Below are positions 33,231 through 44,492 of a stretch of 49,285 bases of DNA, one piece after another. The DNA lies in the NCBI GenBank assembly GCA_018398765.1, contig JAHBMJ010000401.1, forward strand, positions 1-49,285. The letters run 5' to 3'. Each line of letters begins with the position of its first letter. Position 1 is the stretch's first letter. A program made the position numbers and the translations under genes. Below the pieces are notes generated by a model. The model had not been told where the DNA came from. It saw only the letters and a list, made by a program, of their open reading frames with translations, and ran no database searches. Source of the stretch: Chromera velia (lineage: Eukaryota).

Positions 33231-36200
33231 GCGCGCATGGACACATACACATACACGTACACCCACACTGAAGAGGTAGGGAGAGTGAAAAGGGGGGGGG
33301 GGAGAGAGAAAGAGAGAGGGCGAGAGAGGCAATCGGCATGCACTCCAACAATTTACACTAACTGCCCCCCCGTGTCCTCCCACTTCACGAGATGACCTAC
33401 CCGCGTGACCATATCTGCCAGAGTGTTGAACCCCTCCATGACTCGTCGCCCGTCTTCCCCCCCCAGTCTTTGCTTCTTCTCCTTCTCCAGAATTCCATAG
33501 GCCTCCACAAACGGCCTTCCGTGGTCTGACTGTGCAGCCAATTCATCAACCAACGGGAGCTGCACACAGTTCTGAATTCCCCACATCTCCCTGATTCTCT
33601 GTCCGTGACCGTACCCGAAGAGATATTGTTTCCGTCTGTTTTGTGCTTTCCCCATGGACCTCCGAAGACAGGCCTTCAGGAGCTCCTCCCTTTTTTCCCC
33701 CCTTAGTTCACTCACACCCCCTGCAGCAGCACCCTCAAGTCGAAAGGCCTCTGAGGCCAGGTCCTCGTCACTCAAACCTGCGAGGCGCACAGCCTCGGAG
33801 GAGATTTTCTCTTCATCAGGAACGCTGTAGTATGCCTGCAGACAGACAGAGGAGCATACACATATACATTTTCACGTACAAGCAGACATTAACTCGCATT
33901 CTATATGAGCCCCCACACGTATCTCGAAGGAGGATCCATCAAAGAGAAAGGAATGTACGAATAAACGCGATCCGAACTCTCAGCAGCGGGATGGCGTGGG
34001 TTTTCATATTCTGACCGGAAAAAACGACTGAGTGGACAAGGAAGGCAAGAAGCAGAGGGAGGTTGCAGGGAAACAGGGATGAGAAAGAGAGTCCAGACAG
34101 ACGTCTTTGAACCAAAACATCCGGACCAATGCAGACTTTCAAAATAGATGGCCTCATCGGGTGACACTGACCATATTTTCAACAACAGCAACAGAAGGAA
34201 CCTTCACGATGTCAAACATTTCAATTCCCTGCAACATTCAAAAGGAAAAGAAAGAAGTTCACACGTTTGCATTCTCAATACCCAGCAAAAGATGCTGCCA
34301 TGCACTCTCTGCCCTCCCGCCTCCTCACAAGATGATTTCCATTTCAACTCTGCCAAACCTCCAAAACCCTCTCTCCACTTCAACCTCTTCACCGCAGTAC
34401 GCTTCGCAAATACAGCACCCACTCGGGGGTCATAAAGTTCCAAACAAAACGCGACCGCGTGGCTTCTTATCGACGAATAGAAAAAGAGCCTCTTCTCTTT
34501 CCCTTCCCCTCCCAGGTCTGTATCTTCATCCATTCACCCAGCCACTCACCACTCACCCACTCCATCCATCCCTCATCCATTCACCCAGCCACTCACTCAC
34601 TCACTCACTCCATCCATCCCTCATCCATTCACCCAGCCACTCACTCACTCACTCACTCACTCCATCCATCCTTCATCCATTCACCCAGCCACTCACTCAC
34701 TCACTCACTCATTCCATCCATCCCTCATCCATTCACCCAGCCACTCACTCACTCACTCACTCCATCCATCCTTCATCCATTCACCCAGCCACTCACTCAC
34801 TCACTCAATCCATCCATCCCTCATCCATTCACCCAGCCACTCACTCACTCACTCACTCAATCCATCCCTCATCCATTCACCCAGCCACTCACTCACTCAC
34901 TCACTCCATCCATCCATCCCTCATCCATTCACCCAGCCACTCACTCACTCACTCACTCCATCCATCCATCCCTCATCCATTCACCCAGCCACTCACTCAC
35001 TCACTCACTCCATCCATCCATCCCTCATCCATTCACCCAGCCACTCACTCACTCACTCACTCCATCCATCCATCCCTCATCCATTCACCCAGCCACTCAC
35101 TCACTCACTCACTCCATCCATCCATCCCTCATCCATTCACCCAGCCACTCACTCACTCACTCACTCCATCCATCCATCCCTCATCCATTCACCCAGCCAC
35201 TCACTCACTCACTCACTCCATCCATCCATCCCTCATCCATTCACCCAGCCACTCACTCACTCACTCACTCCATCCATCCATCCCTCATCCATTCACCCAG
35301 CCACTCACTCACTCACTCACTCCATCCATCCATCCCTCATCCATTCACCCAGCCACTCACTCACTCACTCACTCCATCCATCCATCCCTCATCCATTCAC
35401 CCAGCCACTCACTCACTCACTCACTCCATCCATCCATCCCTCATCCATTCACCCAGCCACTCACTCACTCACTCACTCCATCCATCCATCCCTCATCCAT
35501 TCACCCAGCCACTCACTCACTCACTCACTCCATCCATCCATCCCTCATCCATTCACCCAGCCACTCACTCACTCACTCAATCCATCCATCCCTCATCCAT
35601 TCACCCAGCCACTCACTCACTCACTCACTCACTCCATCCCTCATCCATTCACCCAGCCACTCACTCACTCACTCACTCCATCCATCCCTCATCCATTCAC
35701 CCAGCCACTCACTCACTCACTCACTCACTCCATCCATCCCTCATCCATTCACCCAGCCACTCACTCACTCACTCACTCACTCACTCACTCCATCCCCCCA
35801 CCTTGACGACATCCGTGAAGGCAAGCTTTTGAGGCGTCGTGACCACCACAGCCGCTGTCACGTTCATTTCCTGCGCGAGAGTCAGCTGCACATCCCCGGT
35901 ACCTGCACAGAACAGATGAGAAGAGAAGAGCACGTTTGAAAGCAAAAACAGTCAACGGATGAATCACCACCCCTCCCCCCGGTCAAACGCGAAAGCCACA
36001 ACTGAGAGAAAAATCGAACGGACAAGCAATGACAGGCAAAAAAATAAGAACAACCAACCGGGAGGCATGTCGACAATGAGGTAGTCGAGATCTCCCCAAG
36101 CAGTGTTCATTGCCAGGTTCCGGACCTGAAGACAAACACAGACAGACAGGCAGGCAGACAGACAAACAGACAGACACGGGCGTTACACTCCCTCCACAAC

Positions 36201-37783
36201 TTGCCTTCCCGTGCGTTTCTTGCTCGCTTTCTTCAGTCATCGGTTCATGCCTTCCGCTTCTTCTTTCCTGTGCGACACACAAGCTTGCAGAAGGACGGGG
36301 CGACGGGTGCACACAGATGTGCGTCTCCCCCCTTCTCTCCTTTCTTTCTGGGGAAGCTGCATCGAGGAGAGCAGTACAGCTGCCAACTTGCGGTGCCTCG
36401 TGATCCTCCTACAGTATTACTCCCTCTGACTCAACGACTCGCTCACTTACACACGTACGCGCTCAGTCAAATTCTCCTCTCGAAATCACTCATAGAGTCT
36501 TCCAAATTCTTAACCATCCCCCCCCCTCCCCTCAACAAACTGGCTGACCAATTGTACTACCAGGGGGCCTCTCACGATCGACGCCCTGTTCACCACAAAC
36601 CCCCAGCTGTTGAGCTTTACGTCGCCAACCTGTCAGGAGGAATTACGGGCCCGCCCGAACAGACAAGAACAGAAGAAGAGGGAGTCTACACGCACACAAC
36701 GAAACGAAGAGATGAACATTGGGAACTGGCAGAGAGGCGTCACTGTGCCGAGGCCTGTGCACGCAAAGAAGTTTCGGTGGAAGAAAGTGGCACTAAAAGA
36801 GCAGAGTAAACGAACATCTGATTGATTGACGGTGCTCCATGGTAAAAACTCATCTCACATCGCAAAACAAACAAGTCACTCAGACGTGCGACGTTTCCAA
36901 AACCCACATTCTTCCATCCAACCAGAACGCCAGCCACCTTGTCTGCGCTGCCTCACCCCCTGTATCGATCAATCTGCATCCATCTAACGATATATCCAAC
37001 CAACTCACCGACCTCTCCAGGGATCCACACCTGGGCATCTGCGTCGAAGTAGGGTCTGCCTGCAACACAAATAAACAAGGGAAGTGAAGGAGTCTCCGAA
37101 CATGAATGACGGAAGAGTTGTTTCTATTTTCGCTCTGTTTGACAGATTGCCGGAAGGAAGGTTGTGCAAGAAAGGCGAGCTGCGTCTTTCCCCTTAGACT
37201 CACTCACCTGCTTCCTTGGCGGCTTCAGGTGTGTTCTCAATTGCCCTCTTCGGGTCGGCATCGGGGGGGTGGACCATCGTGGGAAGGGAGGGGCCGTGTA
37301 CGTCCATGTCCAGAATGCCCACCTGCAGTTGATTGATGATAAGTTGCGTGGTCATCGGACACTGAGACAGACAGATAGACAGACAGACAGGTAGACAGCC
37401 GTGAAGGCAGGCACGCAGGCAGGCAGGCATGCAGACAGACACTATAGGGAGGCAGGCGGGCAGACAGGCAGGAAGGAAGTCACGCAGACAGACATTGACA
37501 AAGACCGACCTTGAACCCCTTGTCACGGAGAGCGAATGCCAAGTTGACAGAAACTGTGGACTTCCCGACGCCTCCCTTGCAGCTGCTGACAGCGACAACG
37601 TTCTTGACGGTGGGATGGTCCTCCTCAGCAGTGGCAACTGCATGCAGTCAAGTGGAAAGAAGAAAGTTCCAGGAAAGATGGAACAGGAAGGGCAAACCCC
37701 TAAAAGAAAGAGAAAAAGGAGAGGAGGCTCTCCCGAAAAACCAAAAAGCCAAACAGACCGTCATCAGAGGAGAGAGAGAGAGG

Positions 37784-37820
<37 letters not shown>

Positions 37821-38126
37821 TGTGATTGGCAGTCAGAGAACACGGGACATTTCTGCATTCTGGAGAAGCAGGGTTGAGCATCCTGCTTGACTGACTCTCT
37901 GGATCGCTACTGCTGGTGATTTTGAGAACTTCAGGCGTTGCCGTCCCTGCAGGAAGGTAGCGAATAGAGTGATGAAAAGCAGGTTCAGACGACAGGGACA
38001 GATGAAGGGCGCAGATTCAGTATTCGTGGAGCGGAGGCGGACTCAAAGCGAGACATTCTGGATGGCCCAAAAGTGTCTTCTTCTGTTTTTTTTTTTTTCA
38101 GAAACTTTTTTTCCACGCATACAGAC

Positions 38127-38163
<37 letters not shown>

Positions 38164-39028
38164 TATCTCCCATTCATCACACAGAGTCTCTTCCGGGAAA
38201 GTGCTTCCCAAGAAATGGGTACAGAACTTGATTGAGACCAGGAAGCAAGGGAGTGGCTGATTTGGACCGGAAGACACAGAGAGGGGTGTACCTCAAGTGC
38301 CTTTCACCATGCACCGCCTCATCGCCGCGTTTCTGTTCCGCCCTCCTCAGCTTCCTTGCTGAATTTCTGCCTGCCTGTTTCTTCGTGTCTGTGCGTTTCT
38401 GCTTGTATGAGACAGAGGAATCCAAAAAGAAAGATGGCGCACGCACACTCACCTCCAGCCTGAAACAGTCGACTCATCCCGCCCCGCTTCTCTCCCCTGC
38501 AGAGTCAATTAGTCGGTCAGCAAGTCAGTCAATCAGTCAGTCAGTCGGTCTGTCTGCCGCTCGGTCGGTTAGACAGTCAGCCACTTCCTTACAAGGAAGC
38601 AAGATGGCATGTACATGTCGGGATGCGCCTAAGCAGCTAAAGCATGGCTCAGAGTGAGAAAGAGACGGCAAAAACCGGAGACGGAGACAGACACAGAGGG
38701 GGGATCACCTCGGCATGAGCGGGGCTCAAGGTAGGGGACAGGAAAACCAGCGGACGGAATGCAAAGGAGGGCATAGAGCAGTCGAACGGAAGCGGACAGG
38801 CTGAACAGAAGGCCAAGTCGACATGGAGAGAGAGAATGCACCCACCGTGAAAGGAGACGGGAATGGAGTGTGAAGGCATCTGCGAGTAGAAACATGGGCA
38901 TGCATGACAGTTATGTGAGCGTAATCGAGCATCCTCACTCCAAAGCGAATATTCATGAAAGATAACCTACCGGAGAGCCACAAGGACGTCGCAATAGAAG
39001 CGAGAAGGATCGAGTTGAGCGTCTTCAT
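31935..39028 (-). CDS. HCF101: HCF101-type Mrp/NBP35 P-loop [4Fe-4S] scaffold with C-terminal DUF971. Core exons 37637-37510, 37322-37208, 37059-37013, 36629-36549, 36125-36059, 35902-35802, 34228-34172, 33835-33401, 32870-32731, 32488-32437, 32060-31935. Probable leader exons 39028-38971 and 38879-38846; linking exons unresolved
   Basis: P-loop domain motifs [90 protein letters not shown]971-like [16 protein letters not shown] and [21 protein letters not shown]. Leader [22 protein letters not shown]. Confidence 0.92.
32089..32182. other. Assembly gap inside the last HCF101 intron
   Basis: Run of N next to a G tract. Confidence 1.
34525..35795. repeat. Intronic minisatellite, ~25 copies of a 48-52 bp unit CCCTCATCCATTCACCCAGCC(ACTC)n(CATC)n
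   Basis: CCCAGCC anchor counted about 25 times, with a 52 bp period in the centre of the array. Confidence 0.96.
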
Positions 39029-39577
39029 TGCATGGACTTTGTCCAAAGTCTAACGACAGTAAACAACACACACCACCAACTGCAGCCAATCGAGATTCTG
39101 ACGGCTGGACAGATGTGACAGGCAGTTGTAACACCCTACCAACTGAATGAACGGCCCGCAAACACCAATCCTCATCTGCTGAACAAATTCTTGGCATTCA
39201 GACGTCTCGTGAGCGCTGTTGGCGTCTCCCGACTGAAGCGTGGTTGCGATTCGTCACGCATTTCCCCGGGAGGGCATGCCGTGGCCCATTTTGGCCCCGG
39301 CCGACAAACTCGGCGACTATAAAGTTTTGGGAAGATGCTTTCCTATAGCTCTTAATTCGAGCTCCCTTCTATGAGGGCCTTCTTTCCCGATCCTTCCTAA
39401 GCTGACTGATCTGCTGTGAAAACTTTTCGCTGACGCACCCTTCCATTTCTGACCGGAGCCTCTTCTCACATTTTTGTATTGCAGGGTGGAAGTCTTTGAG
39501 TCGAAGACTCTTCTTCCTTCCTTGTGCTTTTTTCTCGCTCCAGTCTGCCTTCTCAGTTCGAAAAGCAAAGCGAAAGG
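39029..39577. promoter_or_regulatory. Putative bidirectional promoter/5'UTR region between HCF101 and the ccsA fragment
   Basis: Divergent start codons 550 bp apart, with a GC-rich GGCCC cluster at 39283-39303. The promoter role is inferred from gene arrangement. Confidence 0.55.
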
Positions 39578-40345
39578 ATGCGGTCCCTCTCTTCCATTGC
39601 CACTGCCACCGTTTTCGGGGCACTTGCAGTGTCTGATGCTTTCCAGCTTCGCACTGCAGCTCCCAGACTTTCTCGGTCCTCCCTTTCCATGGCTACCTCT
39701 CGGCAGTCTCCTTCCGAGACAGAACTGAAAGCGGTCTCACGAGACTCTCCAGAGTCCGAACTGAATGCACTTGCCAGAGATGACGTTTTGGCATTTGATG
39801 CCTCTGTCCCTGCCCCATCTCCGTTTCCGAAGTTTCCTAAGATTCCTCTCCCGAACATCCCAGGGTTGACGGACCCGATCCCGCAGAGCGAGGAGGAACT
39901 GCGAGTGAGGCCTGTGGCCTTTCCCGAGAGGTATGAGGCTGCTCTCGATGGATGGACATACCCCCCCATTGACGCTCTTGTTCAGCAGACCCCGGAGGAG
40001 ATGGACCTCACTGATCAGATGGCCATTGCGGGGACGAGACTAGAACTCAGAGACTCTGGCAACTGGTGGTTGAAGACGGGTCTGTTTTTCCTCTCCTGTG
40101 GTATTGCGACCGGAGGATGGTGGGCACAGAGTGCATGGGGTGCGTTCTGGTCATGGGATCCGAAGGAGAATGCGTCTCTGTACTGTTGGTTGGCGTTCTC
40201 TTTCTATTTGCACGTCAGCCAGACACCCTCGTTGAGGAAGATTCAATACCCCACTTTGGTCTTTGGTATGTTGTCTATCTTCTATTGTTTCCTCGGCACA
40301 AACTTCTTCACATCAGGACTCCACTCTTACGGATTTCTGCAATAG
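39578..40345 (+). CDS. ccsA: Cytochrome c biogenesis (System II) CcsA, C-terminal half only, with a bipartite plastid leader; 255 aa, coding region intronless
   Basis: WWD domain GIATGGWWAQSAWGAFWSWDPKENASLYCWLAFSFYLH and terminal GTNFFTSGLHSYG. Leader MRSLSSIATATVFGALAVSDA-FQLRTAAPRLSRSSLSM (signal peptide, Phe at +1, Ser/Arg-rich transit peptide). Confidence 0.92.
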   Translation: MRSLSSIATATVFGALAVSDAFQLRTAAPRLSRSSLSMATSRQSPSETELKAVSRDSPESELNALARDDVLAFDASVPAPSPFPKFPKIPLPNIPGLTDPIPQSEEELRVRPVAFPERYEAALDGWTYPPIDALVQQTPEEMDLTDQMAIAGTRLELRDSGNWWLKTGLFFLSCGIATGGWWAQSAWGAFWSWDPKENASLYCWLAFSFYLHVSQTPSLRKIQYPTLVFGMLSIFYCFLGTNFFTSGLHSYGFLQ

Positions 40346-43300
40346 AAGAAAGGAAGGGAGAAGAGAGAGAAAGGGCTTTTGGGGTCTGACGGGTCCCTTT
40401 GGCTCGAGAGGTTCTCTCTCTCTCTTGTCTGTATGGGAATAAAGGAGAAAGGAGGAAGAAGGAAGTACGGGTGGAAGGGGACTCAGGTTTCCTGTCCATC
40501 TCTTTTTCTTCCTTCTGCTTGCTTGCTGTGCCTCTGTCTCTCTGTCCGTTTGCTCGGCTTGTCCCCGGCCGCACGTGTGCATGCGTGCGTCAGACAAACA
40601 CAGCAGCCATCATTGGAGTTGTGGGGAAGGGGGGGGGAAGAAAGAGGCCTTTGGTTTCTTTCCAAGTTTGAGTCAGAGAAGAAAGAAGTGCAGTGGGACT
40701 GGGTGTGTGAGCCCGCAGCAGGGACGGGCTGTGGGGGCAATAAATAGATCAGGAGAGCAGAGCAGAGCGAAGGGGTGCTTCGAGTGTTTTAAGCAGATCA
40801 GTCAGCATTCGGATCGGAAGAAAAGGGGGTGCGTCAGGAATCGATTTTAAGCTTTTGTCTGGATTAGGCAGCCTGTTTTTCTGTCTGTCCAAATGACAAA
40901 GTCTGTGTCTGAGTATTTGACAAACCTGAAAAGGCAGAAAGCATATGGGAAGGACAGAAAGGAGGACTGACGGAATGCGGTCGTTTGGTGCTTCTAGTAC
41001 AGAAAAGGAAAATGGAGAAGCGAAATTCAGTGAGCGACACCGCTGGCTGGTAGGGAGCATATAGGCAGATGGAGTTAAAGGCAGCCGAGAAGAGGGGAGG
41101 TGAGATGTCCCGTCAGGTCCATTTGCGGGGTTCAATTAGATAGGCTGGCTGGTTTTGGAGGCAGGAAGGGGGGCGGGGAGCTAGCGTGTTTGCCCTTTGA
41201 ATAAAGCGGAAGAGCACAAATGCCCCTTTTCTTTGCTTTCTCCCCTTTCTTTGTTCTCCTCTCCTCTCTTCATTCTCTCTCTCTCACTCAGGTGTCGAAT
41301 GTGATATCTCCCCTCGTTCATTGATTCATTCATTCATTCATTCATTCTTTCATCCGTCTTTTTCGTTGTTTTTGTTCGTTCAGTCATGCGCGCGTTTGCA
41401 TCTATCCATTCCCTCTCTTTCGACCTACAGTTTCAAGGGGGGGGGAGAGGAAATGAAAGGAAGGATGTGCTTCGATCGCTGCATGTCATTGCTGCGTATG
41501 AGTGCGTATATGGATGAGTGAGTGAAAAAAAAAATGGAATGCACGACCGCCAAATCTCCTTTCTTCACTTCGTGCGCCTTCGATCCTTCGCCTTCCCTTC
41601 TTTCTGGTCGGTCAGTTCTTTCCCCGCTGTTTTCCGCTGGTCAAAAATTCTTCGTTTCTTGCTGCGACCTTTCTCGTCGCCATCCGCCTCGTTGCATTTT
41701 CTCTTCTTCAAGAAGGAAAAGAAACGATCCACTCCGACTTTGCTGAAAGCCGTTTGGCTCTCTATGAGGGAATCATCCAAGCATCCACCGACCGTCACCC
41801 CTGTACGAAAGTCTAAAAATTCATGCATGCAATAACCTTCTTCAATCCTGCTTCTTCCACTCTTCCTTCCCTTGCATGCATGCACCTTCTCTCTGCACTA
41901 GAGTTTGCGTCTAAGGAGAACCGAATGATTCTTACGGGGTCTCTGCTGATGCGGCTCTTTGAAATTCTCCTGCCTGCAGAACGTCTAGCGCAGGCGTGCA
42001 GAGCTCTGCTATGCAACCATACCCCCATCCTTGCATCCACTCGAAAAAAATTGATCGATCGCTGCTGCCTCGTTTCTTCGTTCGCTCGTAAGTCAGTGAA
42101 TGAGGAAATGCCTTTAATACTGGATGGCTTAGAGCCCCTCAAGTGGAAGCTGCTTGTACTGTGGAGTCAGTATGCAAAAAGTTTCAAAACTGTTTTTAAG
42201 TTAATTAGACTTCAAATTTCAACGCATTTCAACGCCTTTGATTGCAACTAAGTACAACTAAGATTCCAAACAATTTCAACTTATTAGTATATATAGTTTC
42301 ACTGATAATTAATTCTAGAATTAATTGACTATATAGATTAATAATTAAAACGATCGAAACAACGTACGTTCACATACACCTAGACATGCACCCATTTTTT
42401 GTTTACCCTTGCTCTTGTTCTTCTTTTGATGTTTCACAGGTGTGTGGCGGGGATTCAGGGGGGGAGGGGGGCTAGGGGGTGGGGAGAGGAACATGAGGAA
42501 GATAGTGAGGAAGGAAAAATGGATGTATGGGAACATTTTAGAGTCTTTCAATCCGATTTCTGGAAGAAGCGTTGGAAGATGGAACAAATCGCAACCTAGC
42601 TGCATGGAAGTTGTGACAGAACAGTCTCCGCTGCATGCTAGGCTACAGAACAAAGTAAAGAAGGTTAACATCAATCAATCAATGAACGAGAAGAATTAAT
42701 GTCTTCCCCCTTCGGTGCTATATATATAGTACAGGCTTCATACGGGGAAGCTCTCGGTGGAAGTTACCGTGGAACAGAGAAGGCTAGAGAGAACGTCACT
42801 CCCTCGAGCACTCCCCCCATGGCAAAAGAAGAGTTACAAGATTCGCAGCAAGAAAAAAGGCTGCCAAAGGCCAGGAAAACAAAGAAAAAAAAAAAATATA
42901 GAAAATAACAACTTTTCCCTATCTAACGCTAGGCTCCGCAGTGTCGGCACTACATAAAAAAAAATAAAAGAAGAGAATTTTTTTTTTTTTTAAATAGATT
43001 TTTTTTTATTTATCATGCACGGCATTCAATAGGCAAACAACTGTTGTTCTGGCTGTTATTCAAGTGTTGCAAGAGTGTTGCATGGGGTGTTGCAACAGTT
43101 GCATTGAAAACCGTATACTTTTCAGTTGATAAAAAAAAATAAAAGATTAGAATTTTTTTTTAATTTATGGAGTGCAGAGCCTAGGCCTAACGTTAGAAGT
43201 ATCCCGCTAGCTCTGGGTATGGATAATGATGGCGCGTCATATATATATATATATAGTCATAGTCACGATCGAAACAGAGCGAAAGTGCCTATAGAAAAGT

Positions 43301-44492
43301 CTAGAGAAAAATGCCAACATTGAAACAGTGCCAAGTTTGTTTTCTCTTGGTTTCGTTGCATGCACTTAATCAATCAATCCGATTCACTCAATATTACATT
43401 GAATGAAGTGATCCAGGCGAAAACAGAGTCGTACTCACTGTGAGTCACATGCACGTCTGTGACGAAACGGATCGAGTCTGACGATCGACAGTCAGGATAG
43501 ATTTTTTTTTTTTGAAACGAAGAAATGGACAGCGACAAAAATTGAGGGATAGAGGTCGACTGAGCAGCCATCCAACTGTTCATCCCTTAAATATGCATGC
43601 ATGCATCAATGAATGGACGAATGAATGGTTTTCCTCTGCTCATTGCACGAGCCGCGCTCCCAGCAGCCCGCAGACATGCAAACCAACGTCGATCACCTAC
43701 GTAGAAGAGCAAAAGGTGACTGCAAGACCCCCTGAGCATTTTTTGCATCAAGTTCATTCACGGTGTCTTCGTCAAACAGGCAAGGACGCGAGATGTTACT
43801 CTGCTTCTCCTCCTCTTACACTCGATTTCTGGTCAGACAATGAGAGGAGCCAAGTAGGGGGAGAGAACGCAATCGGGTAGGATGCCCCCCCCCCCCGGGG
43901 CCGGCATAAAAATGTGTCTGGAGGAGATGACGGACGCAAAAACGGAGGAAGGCGGGTGCAGACAAAAGATGAAGACAAAGAAAGAACGGAAGAAAGAGTA
44001 AAGTGCAGGACAATGAACAGCAGCGACTGCCAGAGAGTGACCCATTGAGTGCATGCAACAATGGACGGAGCATGCAGCCGTTCAGTCAAAGACGCAAGTG
44101 AATTGTTTATTTACACCGTTCCTCATCTTCCCTTCACCTATAAGGCACCAGGAGAAGACGCGAACCAACGAAAAAGTCGTCTAACTATGATTGAGAGCAA
44201 GCAGCTTCACCCGTCTCTGCCCGGGAAAGCTGCATCTCTCTCCTCCGAGCCTCTTTGCCATCTTTCCCCTCCACTTTCTCCGCTGCCCTCCCCCCTCCCC
44301 TCCCCTCCCCTCCCCCCCTTTCCTCTCCTAAGGGGGAGACAGAGGAAAAATAGAGAGAACAAGGGAACAGCCGAGCAGAGAGAAGAGAGGACGACCAGGT
44401 GATGACAGCAGAGCCCGCCACTATCCCTGCCTGCCATCACACACTCCGACTCTTTTCCTGTCTCTCCCCCCTCCCCCCCTTCCTCCCCCCCC

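Noticed and set aside
34525..35795. CRISPR-like regular array
   Set aside because: No unique spacers, no cas genes, and the context is a eukaryotic intron.
34107..35939. 610-aa and 457-aa His/Ser/Pro ORFs
   Set aside because: Stop-free reading of a minisatellite, antisense within an HCF101 intron.
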